The notes beneath the pieces were generated by a model. That model did not search any database. It had not been told where the DNA came from and saw nothing but the letters and a program-made list of their open reading frames with translations. From Phoronis australis (taxonomy: Eukaryota > Animalia > Phoronida), in assembly GCA_002633005.1 (NCBI GenBank), contig NMRA01000046.1, forward strand, positions 870,144 through 934,143: 64,000 nucleotides of DNA, in the 5' to 3' direction. The stretch's first letter is position 1, and each line of letters starts with the position of its first letter. Of this stretch, positions 26,865 through 39,327 are shown piece by piece. The position numbers and the translations under genes were made by a program.

Positions 26865-27728
26865 TTTTTATGCGCCCACATATTTATATATTGGTCTCAT
26901 ATTGCTGTCATCTCTGTCTGGGTGTTCAGGCGTCCTGCGTCCGCGGCTGTATCTCCTAAACCCCTTGCAGGATCAAGTGTGTTCCTATGGGGTTGACGAC
27001 AGAGGGCGACGAGTTTCTGACCGACCCGAATACCACTGTACCCCCTAGTGGCAATTGTATTTTTTTACGTTTGCCTCTGTATCTTCAAAGGTCCTCGACT
27101 GATTTTTGTGAAATTTAGTACATACGCATCTATTAATGAGTTGACGCTATCCTCTTGTTTTTGGATGGATTCGAGGCATTTTGCGCCATTTTTACTGTTT
27201 TCGAGTCTGTTTTTTGGCGTCCGTCCCTCTGTCAACCAAACCAATCTAAGGATGATTGTGATAGTTGACATGCATGTTCTTTCTATGAAGGGGATGGTTT
27301 ACGATGATTTTCCATTGACTTCGAGTACTGTGGTGCCTCCTAGTGGCGTTTTTTTTTTTGCACCCATACCTGTATCTCCTAAGCCCTCTGCAGGATCTTT
27401 ATTAAATTAAGCACGTGTATTTATATGAAGTCAACAAGAGAAGACGACAACTTTTAGACGGAACTGACGAACACTGTGTCCCCCTAGTGACAATTTCATT
27501 TTTTTCGTATTCCTCTATTTCTCTAAAATTCCTCGACGAATTTTAATGAAATTTGGTAAATGGATTTCTTTTAAAGAAACAACTATATTTTCTGGTTTTC
27601 AGATGGATTCGATGTATTTTGCACCATCTAGTGGCCATTTCGATGATACAAACAAAATCCCCTAAACTAAAGCACACCATTTGCGATGCATTCGCAGGCG
27701 CATTTCAATGCTCCACGTTGCTCTTGTT
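26865..27728 (+). mobile_element. Helentron/HINE-like non-autonomous element with an internal ~150-bp tandem array
   Basis: T-run + ATGCGCCCA start, GTCY-type microsatellite remnant, CCTAGTGGC-bearing units, GGCGCATT subterminal IR and short 3' hairpin-like end. Confidence 0.7.
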
Positions 27729-29921
27729 TCTAAAACAAAAAGTTATTGTCACTCAGTGACAAAGGACAGGTATTTATACCAGATGCTATTCATTTCACTG
27801 GGATCTAATTTCAGTGGCCTATATAGAAGCGCTTGTAAAAACATCCAGTTTAGGCTCATGGTTTTCCTTCACATACCTCATTCAGCCTCAGTAACATCCA
27901 CAATTACATCGTTGAAGGTAAACACAACAGCATATCACTTGTCTCACTTTGTACCCAAAATCTGACCCTGAACTAGTGCAGAATTACTTGGTCTTCTTTA
28001 GCTTCAGTCCCTCATGTTTCTTCCAGGAAAGGAAATAAGCTATTCTCCACACATGACTCACTGCCTATGAAAGGGCATCCTCACCAACGAGGCTGGCTGG
28101 TGTAGCAATCGACATAGTTCCTCTTCACACATAAACAATCCACTGGCACATTTCCTTATGGCAACTTAGTACTGCGATTCTCATTTCTCCAGGGCTACTG
28201 GCTTGTATATTGTGCCATACAGCACTGCTGGTGTGTGGGCATTGCTGTGGGAAGACATAACGCGTTTCGGTCGTGATAAGCCGACCCGAAAAACCTCTCC
28301 TCATTGTACCCCAGGTTGGGTCAAAAATGTTGCCCCTGTTTTTCAAAAATATAATATGGTGACTGCTATACTATTTCATACAAAATTAAGTCATTACTAT
28401 GTCCAGAAAGCAAGTGTGTATATACCGGTAATAAGAATTGTATAAAACTGTGTCTTTATTTTTCATTCCTAGCCATAACAATTCTTTAAAAGCATCACTT
28501 GTCTACAAAATGAAAGTTATTTGAGGCAACTTCAAACAGGTTTATCAGTGACTAAGTTACATCAATGTAACTGTCACTGATAAAGCTGCTAGACATCATT
28601 CCAAACATTAATAATACTGCTTTGATGTACGAAAAGATCTCACGTGCTAGGTCAAGTATCATAACATACATCACAACAAACAATCGATTAACCCGACTGG
28701 CGACTGCTGCGAAGTGGACATCGGCCAGTACCAAAGTTAACTGGCATCAGTATTGTAAACTTGGAGTTACCGTTAAAATAATCACAAACCTTACCTTTCT
28801 ATAAGGTCATGCTTACTTTCTCTCATAGAAGCACCCTTTTCATGCAATCTCAGATTCAGTTGGCACGGCTGCAAGCCATTTTACCATGTATTAAAAGGCT
28901 CACAAACTTGAGGCTGTTTAATCTACCTCAGCTAGTGCTAGTAAAGATTGTTGAATAGCCCCGTTGTCACATCATGAAATTTATCATGCTTGATGGATGT
29001 TGCTAGGTGCACGGCAGTGAATCATTCTTTGCTTGACTACCTGTTTCAAGTCAATCAGACTGACATTCCCAGATCTGTCAAGAATTTACATTTTCTGTCC
29101 ATTTTGACGAAGAAAAGTTCTGTATCAAGGATTGTTTAGGGCATTTGGGACCCTAAAGAAATGTCCCAATGAGGGTATTTAGGATCCTAGAAAAATGTCT
29201 CAATTTGGCTATTTTCAGATCATAATATCTCAAAAAATGATGGTTTCATATAAAATTAAATACTATGATTTTTGCACTGTTCTCCAAAATGCCATAAGGA
29301 ATTGCTTTGAATACCCCACTTTTGCATGAGGGACTATCTAAATATGGTTATGGCTTTTTTGATTTTCATGAATACATTCTGAAGTTGCATTAAACCAAAG
29401 ACACAATATTTTTGAAATCTTTAATTGCATTTTTGAGTTCTCATTTTGAAGATTTATATCAAATGAAAATTGGTAATATTTGTAATACTGTTGTTTTGGG
29501 ATTGCTTTACCTTTCTTTTTTTGTTAAATTTTACTAAAAAACATTGTCATGTTACACAATTAACAGTACATTGATAAAAGGTAAAAAATAGAATTTTATA
29601 GAATTTCAAAATATATATACATTTACTGACTTAAAATCTATAGTTGTTTATATTTTTAGCTGAATACACAACCTCGCCAATGAGTTCCTACGTAACCTTA
29701 GGATAACAATCTGGAAAATCATGCAGTGCACACAGTATTTTGGTTTGGAAATAAAACTGCGCCAGATTTTGCACTAAGCAAGAATGTGCATCATAAGTTG
29801 ATGGAGCTGATTGGTTCATGTGTGTTCAGAGTCGTATGTTAAAAACTCTGTCAAACAAAATTAAAGTTTCTTTTAATGTTGTTGTCGCAGTATGCTAACT
29901 ATAACCTTTATGTCTCTTCAG

Positions 29922-30146
29922 AAATGGATTGGCCATTGGAACTGGATAAATTTGCATGTGCCAAGTTAAAAATAGAAAGCTGTACCAAGGGTAACTATAT
30001 GTTATGCCTGACCAGTCGAATGTTGGCTGTTGTACGACTTCGTCCACTCAGCAGTGTTGTCTGTTGGAGCTTACATCTTCTTCGGAAATATACAGGCCAG
30101 AAATCCAGTTTGGAACTCATGGTGGAAGTCAAAAACAATGTCCATG
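29922..30146 (+). CDS. PH-PTB-DD adaptor, exon 4 (IRS-type PTB domain)
   Basis: tctcttcag| acceptor, G|gtatgg donor, phase 1/1. GNYMLCLTSRMLAVV...VVCWSLHLLRKYTG matches the IRS/Dok PTB W-x-L-x-x-L-R-R-Y-G pattern. Confidence 0.85.
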
Positions 30147-30264
30147 GTATGGAAATATATTACTATTACAAGAGTCCTTGGACGTTGGAAGTACTCAATG
30201 TGGCCTTCATGCCATCTTTATTTTTTCAACCTGTATTTGGGTTCATTCAAAGTAACACAGCTTA

Positions 30265-30313
30265 GTGTGTGTGTGTGTGTGTGTGCGTGCGTGTGTGCGT
30301 GCGCGCGCGCGCG
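30265..30313. repeat. (GT)n/(GC)n alternating purine-pyrimidine microsatellite
   Basis: Directly visible. Confidence 0.9.
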
Positions 30314-31001
30314 CTTGTGGTTAAGTGGGTGGGTGGGTGCATGCTGTATGAAAACCTCTTTCAAACACAACTCTGTGTTACGGTTTTACGTGGGTTTATT
30401 CTAGAGATCTACAAGATACATCTATTCACTATGCTGTCTAACTCTCAACTGAAAACTTGTTTGTCAGAACTAAAGATCATGTGCTCATGAGTCATAATCA
30501 GATTTCAGAGAATTGTTTTGCACAACTTACACAATCTATGATTCTAGCTACCAGTGCCATATAAGGTTATGTTTTGGACTCTGCAAGTTTAATGAAAACC
30601 ACGAACATAGCATCCTCCCTTCTCTGAAAGTTCTTACTCATGGTCCAGTGTTTATATCTAATGTTCTCCAGTCTGTCTTCAGCCACAGTGCATGTCATCC
30701 AGTGGTGTCCAGTTAAGTTAATAGAAAACAAATGTCTTCAGTTTATCATAAGACACAAATTCCAGCATAGTAACAAATTAGTGTAAACAATCTGCTTAGT
30801 TCAGTTAAGTGATAGTGTCAGTGTTCTGGAATCAAAACAAACACAAGCTGCTAGTGGATCATGTAGTAAACAGTTCTGTAGTAAATAACTTCTATGGGTC
30901 ATCCAGTCAACTCTGGGTGGACTATCAGAGTGACAAGAACAAACAGTGATTGGCGGTATTATTCTGACCAATTTCCTCACTGTGTGTATCTCACAGGGGG
31001 T

Positions 31002-31390
31002 TTAATCACAGAGTGTCCCAGATCTGGTTGCCACAGGCTGGTTAGTTCTTACTTCACTTTTGATGGTGTGTGGGTCGGAGCTTTCTTTGACAGATTTTTC
31101 ATCACCCATGTGTTCCGGTTTGTAGTCTGCAGGCTCGGCCTGTCTGACTTCTTTTGCCGGCTTTATGTGTTGGCGATTTCGGCGAACAACACTTGTCGGG
31201 GTTTCAATAGAGTACGATCGCTCGTCAAGCTGTTTCAAAACAGTACCTTTGGTCCATTCTTTCTGACCAAGTGTAAAGGGTTGCAAACGCACAGAATCTC
31301 CCTCTTCCAAAACAGACAACTCTTTTGCGGATTTGTTATAATGGTGCGCTTGTTTGTGTTGTTGACGCTTCAGGTCGCGATCTGTGTGCT
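31002..31390 (-). mobile_element. Second Gypsy remnant (integrase C-terminal tail)
   Basis: YNKSAKELSVLEEGDSVRLQP...WTKGTV...RSYSIET...VRRNRQHI...TRSG. Confidence 0.8.
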
Positions 31391-31868
31391 TCTGACTAAC
31401 TACTTCAGGTGTGTCTGCTTATATATTGTCATACTGTGTAGGTGTCTGTGTGTCTGCTCCATATCTCTTGTCTCAAAAACTACTGGTGGAAATTGGCACA
31501 TGGGTGAAGGGCATCATTGGGGCAGTGAATGCCTCTTTGTGAGGAGAGGATATTAACACTTGTCTTGTTTCAGAAGTTTTTGACTAATGCCTAGTGGCTT
31601 TTTTATTTCATATAATCCATAATACCAAGAAGTACAGAGTGCTGTTGTGGGTGCATTTCAACACTTTGCAAATAGATTTTTGAAAATGATTTTGTTGTTG
31701 CTGTTAAGGGCTCGTTTTAATATGGCCACCTTTGTCGAGCAACGTAAAGTAGCAATTTGTGGCTAATTCAGCATAGCCTGCTTGATAATGGAATTGTTGC
31801 ACATATCGCTTACCTTTTACCACTGTTGTGTGTAACTAATTACTGTGTACCGGATATTTATGTTGCAG

Positions 31869-32562
31869 AAACCTTCACGTTAACTGTATCGGATGCTTGC
31901 AGTGTTGCTGCTGCAATAACAAAAGCTGTCAGAGATTTTAGTGCGGATGAGGAATGTCAGAAGCAGGCTCAAATTGATAAATGTGTCAACTCTATTCATG
32001 AGAAAAAATCTGTCAGCAACGACTATGTTGTGAATTGGTCAAAGAATTCCAGACCAGTGGTGGTGAGGCCTCCTGAACCTTGCAATTTACCTCCAACGCA
32101 TGTCCCTGCCCCATCACCACAGATGAATGGATCTGAAAACAAAGATTCTACCAGAGTGCTGGATTCAAACATTGGCAGGGAAAACTCCACCATAGCCTGT
32201 GTCGCCCCTCCAACTTGCCCAGGCATCACATCTAGTGTGGAGAGTCGCCAGAATCTGAGCTATGAATCCACTTCTGCTTCTACAGGTGCTGTCAACAGTC
32301 GCGACCCTAGTTTATCTGATCACCAGCCTCAGCCTATGGGGGTGTCTCACACTTTAAGCCCCCAACAGGATAGTGCACCATCACACAGCCAATCACCTAC
32401 TGGAAATGGAGAACTTAAACATACAGGTCGCGACAACCTGGCATCCAGTAGTTCACGATCTCGCGAAAACAAGCCTCTACCACCTGAACCAACAAACAAA
32501 CAAAATACAAAGCCAATCCCAGCACCTCGAAAGCCTTGTGATGCTTGTAAGAGAATATTATG
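31869..32562 (+). CDS. PH-PTB-DD adaptor, exon 5 (PTB C-terminal helix and Pro/Ser-rich linker)
   Basis: tgttgcag| acceptor, TG|gtgagt donor, phase 1 to 2, 694 nt open. TFTLTVSDACSVAAAITKAV, then KPLPPEP and KPIPAPRK motifs. Confidence 0.88.
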
Positions 32563-34289
32563 GTGAGTTTTGTTGATCAGTATACACAGTTGATGTAGAC
32601 TAGGTCTGCATAGCCTGTTTTGTACGGTGACAAAAAGTCCAGTTTAAATTTGGTTATCATTTTAGGAATAACACTAAGCGCACTGGAAAGTTTATGCAAA
32701 TTTGGTTTTGTGCTGCAAATGTTGGATTGAGATTATTATCACCCTCAGTTGCCTGCAATTGTATAATCAGTGTAATGTCCACATTTGGTTAACTTTGGCA
32801 CATCATAGTTTAGTTTAGTGGCTAATCAGATTTAAGTGAAATGTTGAGGTACTGAACTTTATGCACTGCTCTGGTACCTCTCAAGTGTAACAATTTCCTA
32901 AAATGTAACAACAGTTATATTTTCTGTCATTGTTACATTTTACATTAAAATGCGCACGTGAGAAATGTACCGAAACCAACATCATATCACAAAGTAAATG
33001 ATGAAAATCACGAACAAGTGGTGTCTGACGGTGGCGGGGGTACTTGATTATTTTTGGACGAGGGGTATTGTCCTGAATATTTGGATACCTACCCATTTAT
33101 TGAGTGGGCTCGGACAAAAAAGATTCAAATTTAGACAGTAATTTTGTGTAAAAATTCACATTTTTGCACATTTTGGTTCCAGAAATTTAGAAAAGGCACC
33201 TTTTAGGTGGTAGATTTTGCTGTGAAAAAGCACCCTCTGGGCATAACTTTTCGTATACTTCTATAGGAATGCCCTCCTCGAGGTGACGAGGCTTGAGTTT
33301 GGCTAATCATTTTATCATGAATACCATTGCCATTGCCATTGCCTGTTTGTTTCAAAAGTGATTTAAAGGGGTTCATAGGTTCAACCTTAACAATAGTGTG
33401 AGAAACGTTTTGATAGCTTTGGATACAGAGTACCTGGCCTACTTTTTGGGAACAAGGAGGTTGAGCTTAAAAATTTTGTTTAGACTTGCGCCAACTTCAA
33501 AGCACATTATTGTTTTTTATATGGGTAATGGGACTAAAATGGGCGATTTTTCTATCAACTTCTCTCCCGAAATTGAATGACATATTGGTATTAAATGAAA
33601 AGTCATATTCAACAAGGTTTTTAGTTTCAGAAAACATGTAAGATTATTTGGCTCTGCACCTTAACCTTTAGCCTATTTTTCTAGTTCAAATGCTATTCTT
33701 CGTGGCTTCTTGCATGGTGTAGTCTTGGATAGGGACTCGGCTATGTTCCCTAAATTTCCGGTGCATCTGTAAGCTTAATTCATACTCCCTTGTCTTCACT
33801 AATAGCTCAACTTTTACATTTGATATATTATTAGAGTAAACTTATATTGCATATTTTAATTAAACAGACCCATTCATCGAATGCCCTTAATTTTAGGAGT
33901 GCCAGTCTCAATTTATTTTGATTGCAATAGTGGGTCAGTTTTCAGATAAATCATTTGAAAATTACACAAGTAAATCGGGGGGGGGGGGGGNAAAAGCAGC
34001 ACGATTGAGGCAGCATAGTGCACAAATAGTTACTGGAGTTCTTACTTGGGACGTTCTTATTCAACTGGCCACTGGGGATTAAGAATGTTCCGTAAATGTT
34101 AATAACTGGCTAACACCAGGCAGAGCTTCAACAATTTTGTATATCTGATGGGTGCACATATACTGTGAGCTTAGATGCGTGTAGAAAATAGTGCCATTAT
34201 CGGAAAAATATGTTCTAATATGAACTCTGAATTAGACGATGATTGTAATAGATGATGTATGCTGATAAATTTTGTGCTTTACATTACAG

Positions 34290-34329
34290 CGACTGTCTAC
34301 TCCCTAAAGGTGCTAAATGGAGGATTGGG
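34290..34329 (+). CDS. PH-PTB-DD adaptor, exon 6 (DCLLPKGAKWRIG)
   Basis: acattacag| acceptor, GGG|gtacgt donor. The phase 2 to 0 shift is exactly what bridges exons 5 and 7. Confidence 0.7.
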
Positions 34330-34807
34330 GTACGTGTAATTTCAAATGTGGATGTAAATGTCACTGCTTGCTGTTGATGTTGGATGTGTTTCTCTTCTTC
34401 ACCATTTGCGCGCATAACAGAACACTTCATTTGTACTCTGATGCATAGGACACATCACAAAGGCTAAAAAGCAACAGAAATGTCATCAAGTTTAATTTGC
34501 TTTGGGCATGAATTTCGAAAAACCTAAACTGCAGCCAGATTCATATTTGAAACAACCAGACAACAGAGATATTTGACATCAAAGTCTCTTTTTAATACAA
34601 CATCCAATGTCTATGTGTTTGGCTGCCAATATTTCATTTTTTTTGAAGAAAATCAAAGTACCGAGACAAATTCCCTCAATCATAGATGATTAAAAAGTAA
34701 ACATGGGAGACATTTCAAGGTCACTACACAACACTGACTCCTATAGCCGGCATTTTCCCAAGTCTTTTTTCTCCAAAAAATGTGACCAGTATCCGTTGTT
34801 TTTGTAG

Positions 34808-34952
34808 CACACTATAGACCAAGTGGTCAAGAAGCACTATCCGACCCCAGACACCTTGAAACTCACTACACACCAGAGGGCATGTTTGCATGCTCAGCTC
34901 TCACATCTGGCATTTGGCATGACAGTGTGGCAAATATTGGGCGAGAAAATTG
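34808..34952 (+). CDS. PH-PTB-DD adaptor, exon 7 (death domain N-half)
   Basis: tttttgtag| acceptor, G|gtaagg donor, phase 0 to 1. HQRACLHAQLSHLAFGMTVWQILGEKIG. Confidence 0.82.
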
Positions 34953-35389
34953 GTAAGGCAACTTATGAATTATTCACTGGCTTTCAAGCGTTCCTACTTT
35001 TCCTACTTTTTGGCTAGTTCTTACATTTCCTACTTTTTTGAAATTCCTAATATTTCCTACTTTTTTCTCATTACTCTAAAAATTTCCCTCTAAGTTAACT
35101 TATGTTTTTGGAGTAGTGAGTAGTTGTTTTAGCTTATCAGTTGCACCACACGAAGGACTTAAATGATAATTGCTTAACCCTCTTCACTTTAAAAACATCA
35201 TGCCTGCTTTTACTTCTAAAAATTGGGTTTGTCTTTTTCTCCTACATGAATTTAGTTTGTATAAATCTTATTAAACTAAATTTATACAAGTAAAGTCTCA
35301 CCAATTTAGGACACAACATGGCAGACAAGGGAAATTTATTTCTTCTTTTTTTTCCTAGGTAAGAGAAATTAAATAAATTCATCATGATT

Positions 35390-36412
35390 CAGTGGCGGAT
35401 CTAGGATATCGCAAGGGGGGGGGGCCAACATTTTGTCCGGCTGTAAACATTTGCGCAAACTGAACCACGATTGTAGATGCGCATAGCACCGAATGGGGGG
35501 AGGTCGGGAGGGGGGTTGAAATTTTTCTGTTTTTACCTCTAAAAATCAAGTATTTCCCTTGATTCCTGAAGTATTATCCAAGAAAAAAAGGCAAAAAAAA
35601 CACAAAGAACATGTCAAACAGGAAAAACTGCAAGTATCAAAGACTCGAACTCACGACCTTGCGCATAGAGCGCGCGTGCGTTACCACTACAACACCACGA
35701 TTTAACTACTTAGACCTTACTAAGAGACCTACTTGTTTATGGTCCACAGCGTTTGCGCGCGAAACCTACTTCTTTTTGTAATGCTTATTACACGTTTTGT
35801 GTCATCGATTCTTAACAAATTTGTCGTATTTAAAATAGTCTTCAAATGCCCAAAAGACCAAATCCATTTTTCGTGTTGGCAATAACTAATAATGACGGGA
35901 TTGATTTGGAAATCGTCTTAACATAAGGTTTGACAAAGAGAGTATTGCGAGTTTCTGAGTGATTCACTAAGGCTTCGATTAAAATTCCCATCTTACCAGC
36001 AGCTTCTGTTTTTTCATCGTCACTCAGGTTCCATTTTCTTTAAAAAATAAAGTAAATTTTCTTCATTGCACAGTGGAGCAGACGACGGAAACTGAGTCGT
36101 AATGTGCAGCGCCACTGCCGGTCGCCTGGGATATCGCAGGAGAGCCTATACTTAGCCATAGTTCCGTTACGAATGCGCCGTGTTCCGAATTTGACACTTG
36201 AAATTGGATTTGAGCCCCTCCCTCTCACCCCCCCCCCAACACTAAAACTGCACACATTTAAATCTTTTTTCATCCATAATTTTAATTACCGGGGTTAATT
36301 GATTAACTCAACATTTCCCTACGCTCTTACTGTTTTATTTTTTTTTTGCGGCAGCCAAGGGGGGGGGGGGAGGGGGCCCGGGCCCCCTGGGCCCCCCCTA
36401 AATCCGCCTATG
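35390..36412. mobile_element. hAT5-like non-autonomous element (~1 kb)
   Basis: CAGTGGCGGATCTAG / CTAAATCCGCCTATG termini, G/C-run subterminal motifs, 5-bp TSD TGATT. Confidence 0.8.
35637..35698 (-). pseudogene. tRNA-like remnant (A and B box) inside the DNA element
   Basis: - strand GGTGTTGTAGTGGTAACGC...AAGGTCGTGAGTTCGAGTC. No canonical acceptor stem or 7-nt anticodon loop. Confidence 0.5.
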
Positions 36413-36863
36413 TGATTTTAAAGTTTTTTTACCACAGCCATCAACAGACAATGTTTTTGAGAAACTGGCCATTCTCAGAAGTTTTTTAAAAATGAAAAAA
36501 GATCAGTTTTCGCACTTTGTTTAAAATTTGTGACTAACCCATTATAATTATTTAGTCAAACTTCGTGTTGTGAGAATTGTGGAGCCTACATTACAGTTGG
36601 ATTCACATCAAATAACATTTGATTAGTCTACAATGGTGGTGATCTTTTTATATATTAATAAGATATTAAAAAATCTTGTTCAAAAAATATTTTTATTCCC
36701 TTCACTTGCAGTTCTTGAATTGCCTACAATTGGTGTTACTGTTTTATACCATAGCTCTACATGTTTTCATGTTTTTGTTGTGAAACCTCTCACACGAGCA
36801 CATTCTACTGTTTAATTCATATTGAATTGAGTTCGATAAAAAATAAGAATATTTTTATTTCAG

Positions 36864-37060
36864 GTTTGACTTTTGAGGATGTTCAGATCATTGAACGGTT
36901 TATCCATGAGAACAACTCTGTACAAAGTGGTGAACTTGTCTTGTACCATTGGCAGTTCCTACATAACCACAACCTGTCACCTATACCATGTCAAGTGTCT
37001 GAACTGAAGGAGATACTTGAGGAGAACTGTCCATCAATACTGGAGGAAGTATTTAATTGA
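36864..37060 (+). CDS. PH-PTB-DD adaptor, exon 8 (death domain C-half and stop)
   Basis: tttttatttcag| acceptor, phase 1. LTFEDVQIIERF...GELVLYHWQ...VSELKEILEENCPSILEEVFN*. The eight exons total 1746 nt = 581 aa + stop. Confidence 0.85.
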
Positions 37061-37529
37061 TGTCTTACGTCTTGCACAAAAAAGTTCTTGACGTGTGGTT
37101 TTACACTATTGCAGGATTAAGTGTGAGACGACACATGAGCGTGAAATTAAACATATCTACTTCCCACAATGCTCTACACACATGCATATGGCCTTTATGG
37201 GTCAGCCAATATCCTACAACTTTGTACTTGGAAACAGACAATGCAGTCATTTTTGTATTAAAATCATAAAAATTATTTTCGTGTTACAGTAAACGTGCTC
37301 CTGAGTCACATTTTCAGCATTTGGTGAAATTGATTTGCTTATATATATCGGTACATATATATTTATTAAATTTTCATTTGTTCCATATTTCTGCACTTAT
37401 TGTTCTATAATTATGATGCTTTTAGTCATTTAAAGAGGCCTTCCCAATCGGTTTATTGAAATGTAAAACTCACATAAGTCAGATCTAACTGAACCAAGAG
37501 ATTCTACCAAATAAGGTGAAATCTGACTT

Positions 37530-38780
37530 ATTATACCTCTGTCTGTACGGGCATTCGGTGTCTGCATCAATCTCCTAAACTCCTCACAGGATCTTTATGA
37601 GATTTGGCAGATATGTTCCTATGAAATTGACGATGAATGACAACATATTTCGGATGGATCCGACAACTGGTGTGCCCCCTTACACTTTTAGTTTTTACAT
37701 TTACTTCTATATCTTCAAAGGTCCTCAATAGATTTCCGCTAGGCACATAGGCATCAATTGAGTTGATACTATTCTCCCATTTTGGAGGTATTTTACACCA
37801 CCTAGTGACCATTTCTAGTGTTTTCGAGTCTGTTTTTGCGTTCACCCTCCTATCAACCGAACCACTCTTCGGATGATTGCGAAAATTGGCGTATTTGTTC
37901 TTATTGTGAAAAGGATGGTTGACAATGATTTTCTGGCGTCTTCGACTACTGTGGCATCTCCTAGTGGCATTTTATTTGATTTTGCACCCATGGCTATATC
38001 TCCTAAACGCTCTGCAGGAGCTTTATTAAATGTAGCGAGTATATTTATATAAAGTTGACAACAGATGGCAACGACTTTCGCACGTATCGAACTACCAGTG
38101 TGCCCCCTAGTGGCAATTTAATTTTGCGTTTACCTCAGCATCTTCAAAGGTCCTCAATGGATTTTCATAAAATTTGGCTGATAGGCGTCTATTAATGAGG
38201 TGACGCTTTCGTTCCATTATCAGGATTTGAGGTATTTTGTGCCACCTATTGGCCATTTTTACTGTTTTCAAGTCTTTGGCGTCCGCCCCCCGTCAACCAA
38301 ACCACTGTATGGCTGATTTTGAAAATTAGCATACATGTTTTCAGAGTGAAGAGGATGGTTAAAGATGATTTTCTGACGACATTGACTACTGTGGCTCCTC
38401 CTACTGGCAGTTTTGTCTTTTTATGTCCATGGCTGTATCTCCTAAACCTTCTGCAGGATCTTTATTAATGTTAGCAAGTGTATCTATATGAAGTTGACAA
38501 CAGACGACGACTTCCAGATGGATCAACGAACGCTGTGCCCCTAGTGGCAATTTTTTTCCTGTTTTCCTCTATTTCTCTGAAGTTCTGTCGACGATTTTTT
38601 ATGAAATTTGTTAACTAGCTTTCTATGAAAGAGGCAATGACATGTTGCCATTTGTAGATGGATTCAGTGTATTTTGCACCATCTAGTGACCATTTTTATG
38701 ATATAAATAAACACCCCTAGAAGCACACAGCTTGCAGTGCATTTGTGGGTGCATTTCAACGCTCCTCGTTGCTCACGTCT
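37530..38780 (+). mobile_element. Helentron/HINE-like element, ~8 units of the ~150-bp array
   Basis: Same units and same 3' end (GGGTGCATTTCAACGCTCCTCGTTGCTC) as 26865..27728. Confidence 0.75.
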
Positions 38781-39196
38781 GCTTTGCTGGAAAATTATAC
38801 GACTGTTACTGGAGGTATTTGAAACGACTAGAAATGTTACAGAAATGTCATGTAAACAGTGCATTTGACAAGTTGATCTGGTATCTATCAGGTATCTGCT
38901 ATCATTACAATATTCTCTTTATAACTATATGATGACAATATTTCACCATAGACTTGTAATTATAACAACAGTTTCAGGAGTTGATGTAAGTATAGTGTAA
39001 TCATGTTGTTGGTAGAAAATCCCTAATTATGAGTGGAATGTTAATACCATATTACTTAAAGCAGCTATGAACCCACTTTCCATCTCATAAAAATTAACAG
39101 TCATCAATTTGGTATCAAATTGCCACTTCTTAATCAAATTAAGATATTTCAGGTGTTTGAATGAAGGGCTCAATCGTCATTGTTCCAAGACCAGGC

Positions 39197-39327
39197 TCTA
39201 CAATATGGCTCATCATGGCAGGTCATTATGTGTCGAGCAAGGTCTCAATATGGCTCATTATGGCAGGTCACTATGCGTCTCAATATGGCTAATCAGGGCA
39301 GGTCATTATGTGTCGAGCAAAGTCTCA
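39197..39327. repeat. Short minisatellite, ~3 units (CAATATGGCTCATCATGGCAGGTCATTATGTGTCGAGCAA)
   Basis: Directly visible. Confidence 0.8.

Noticed and set aside
30894-31556. 220-aa + strand ORF
   Set aside because: Largely the antisense shadow of the Gypsy integrase tail.
32547-36863. Direct splice from T|gtaaga (32547) to exon 8
   Set aside because: Phase-compatible, but it would delete half the death domain. The gtgagt donor plus exons 6-7 gives a complete domain.
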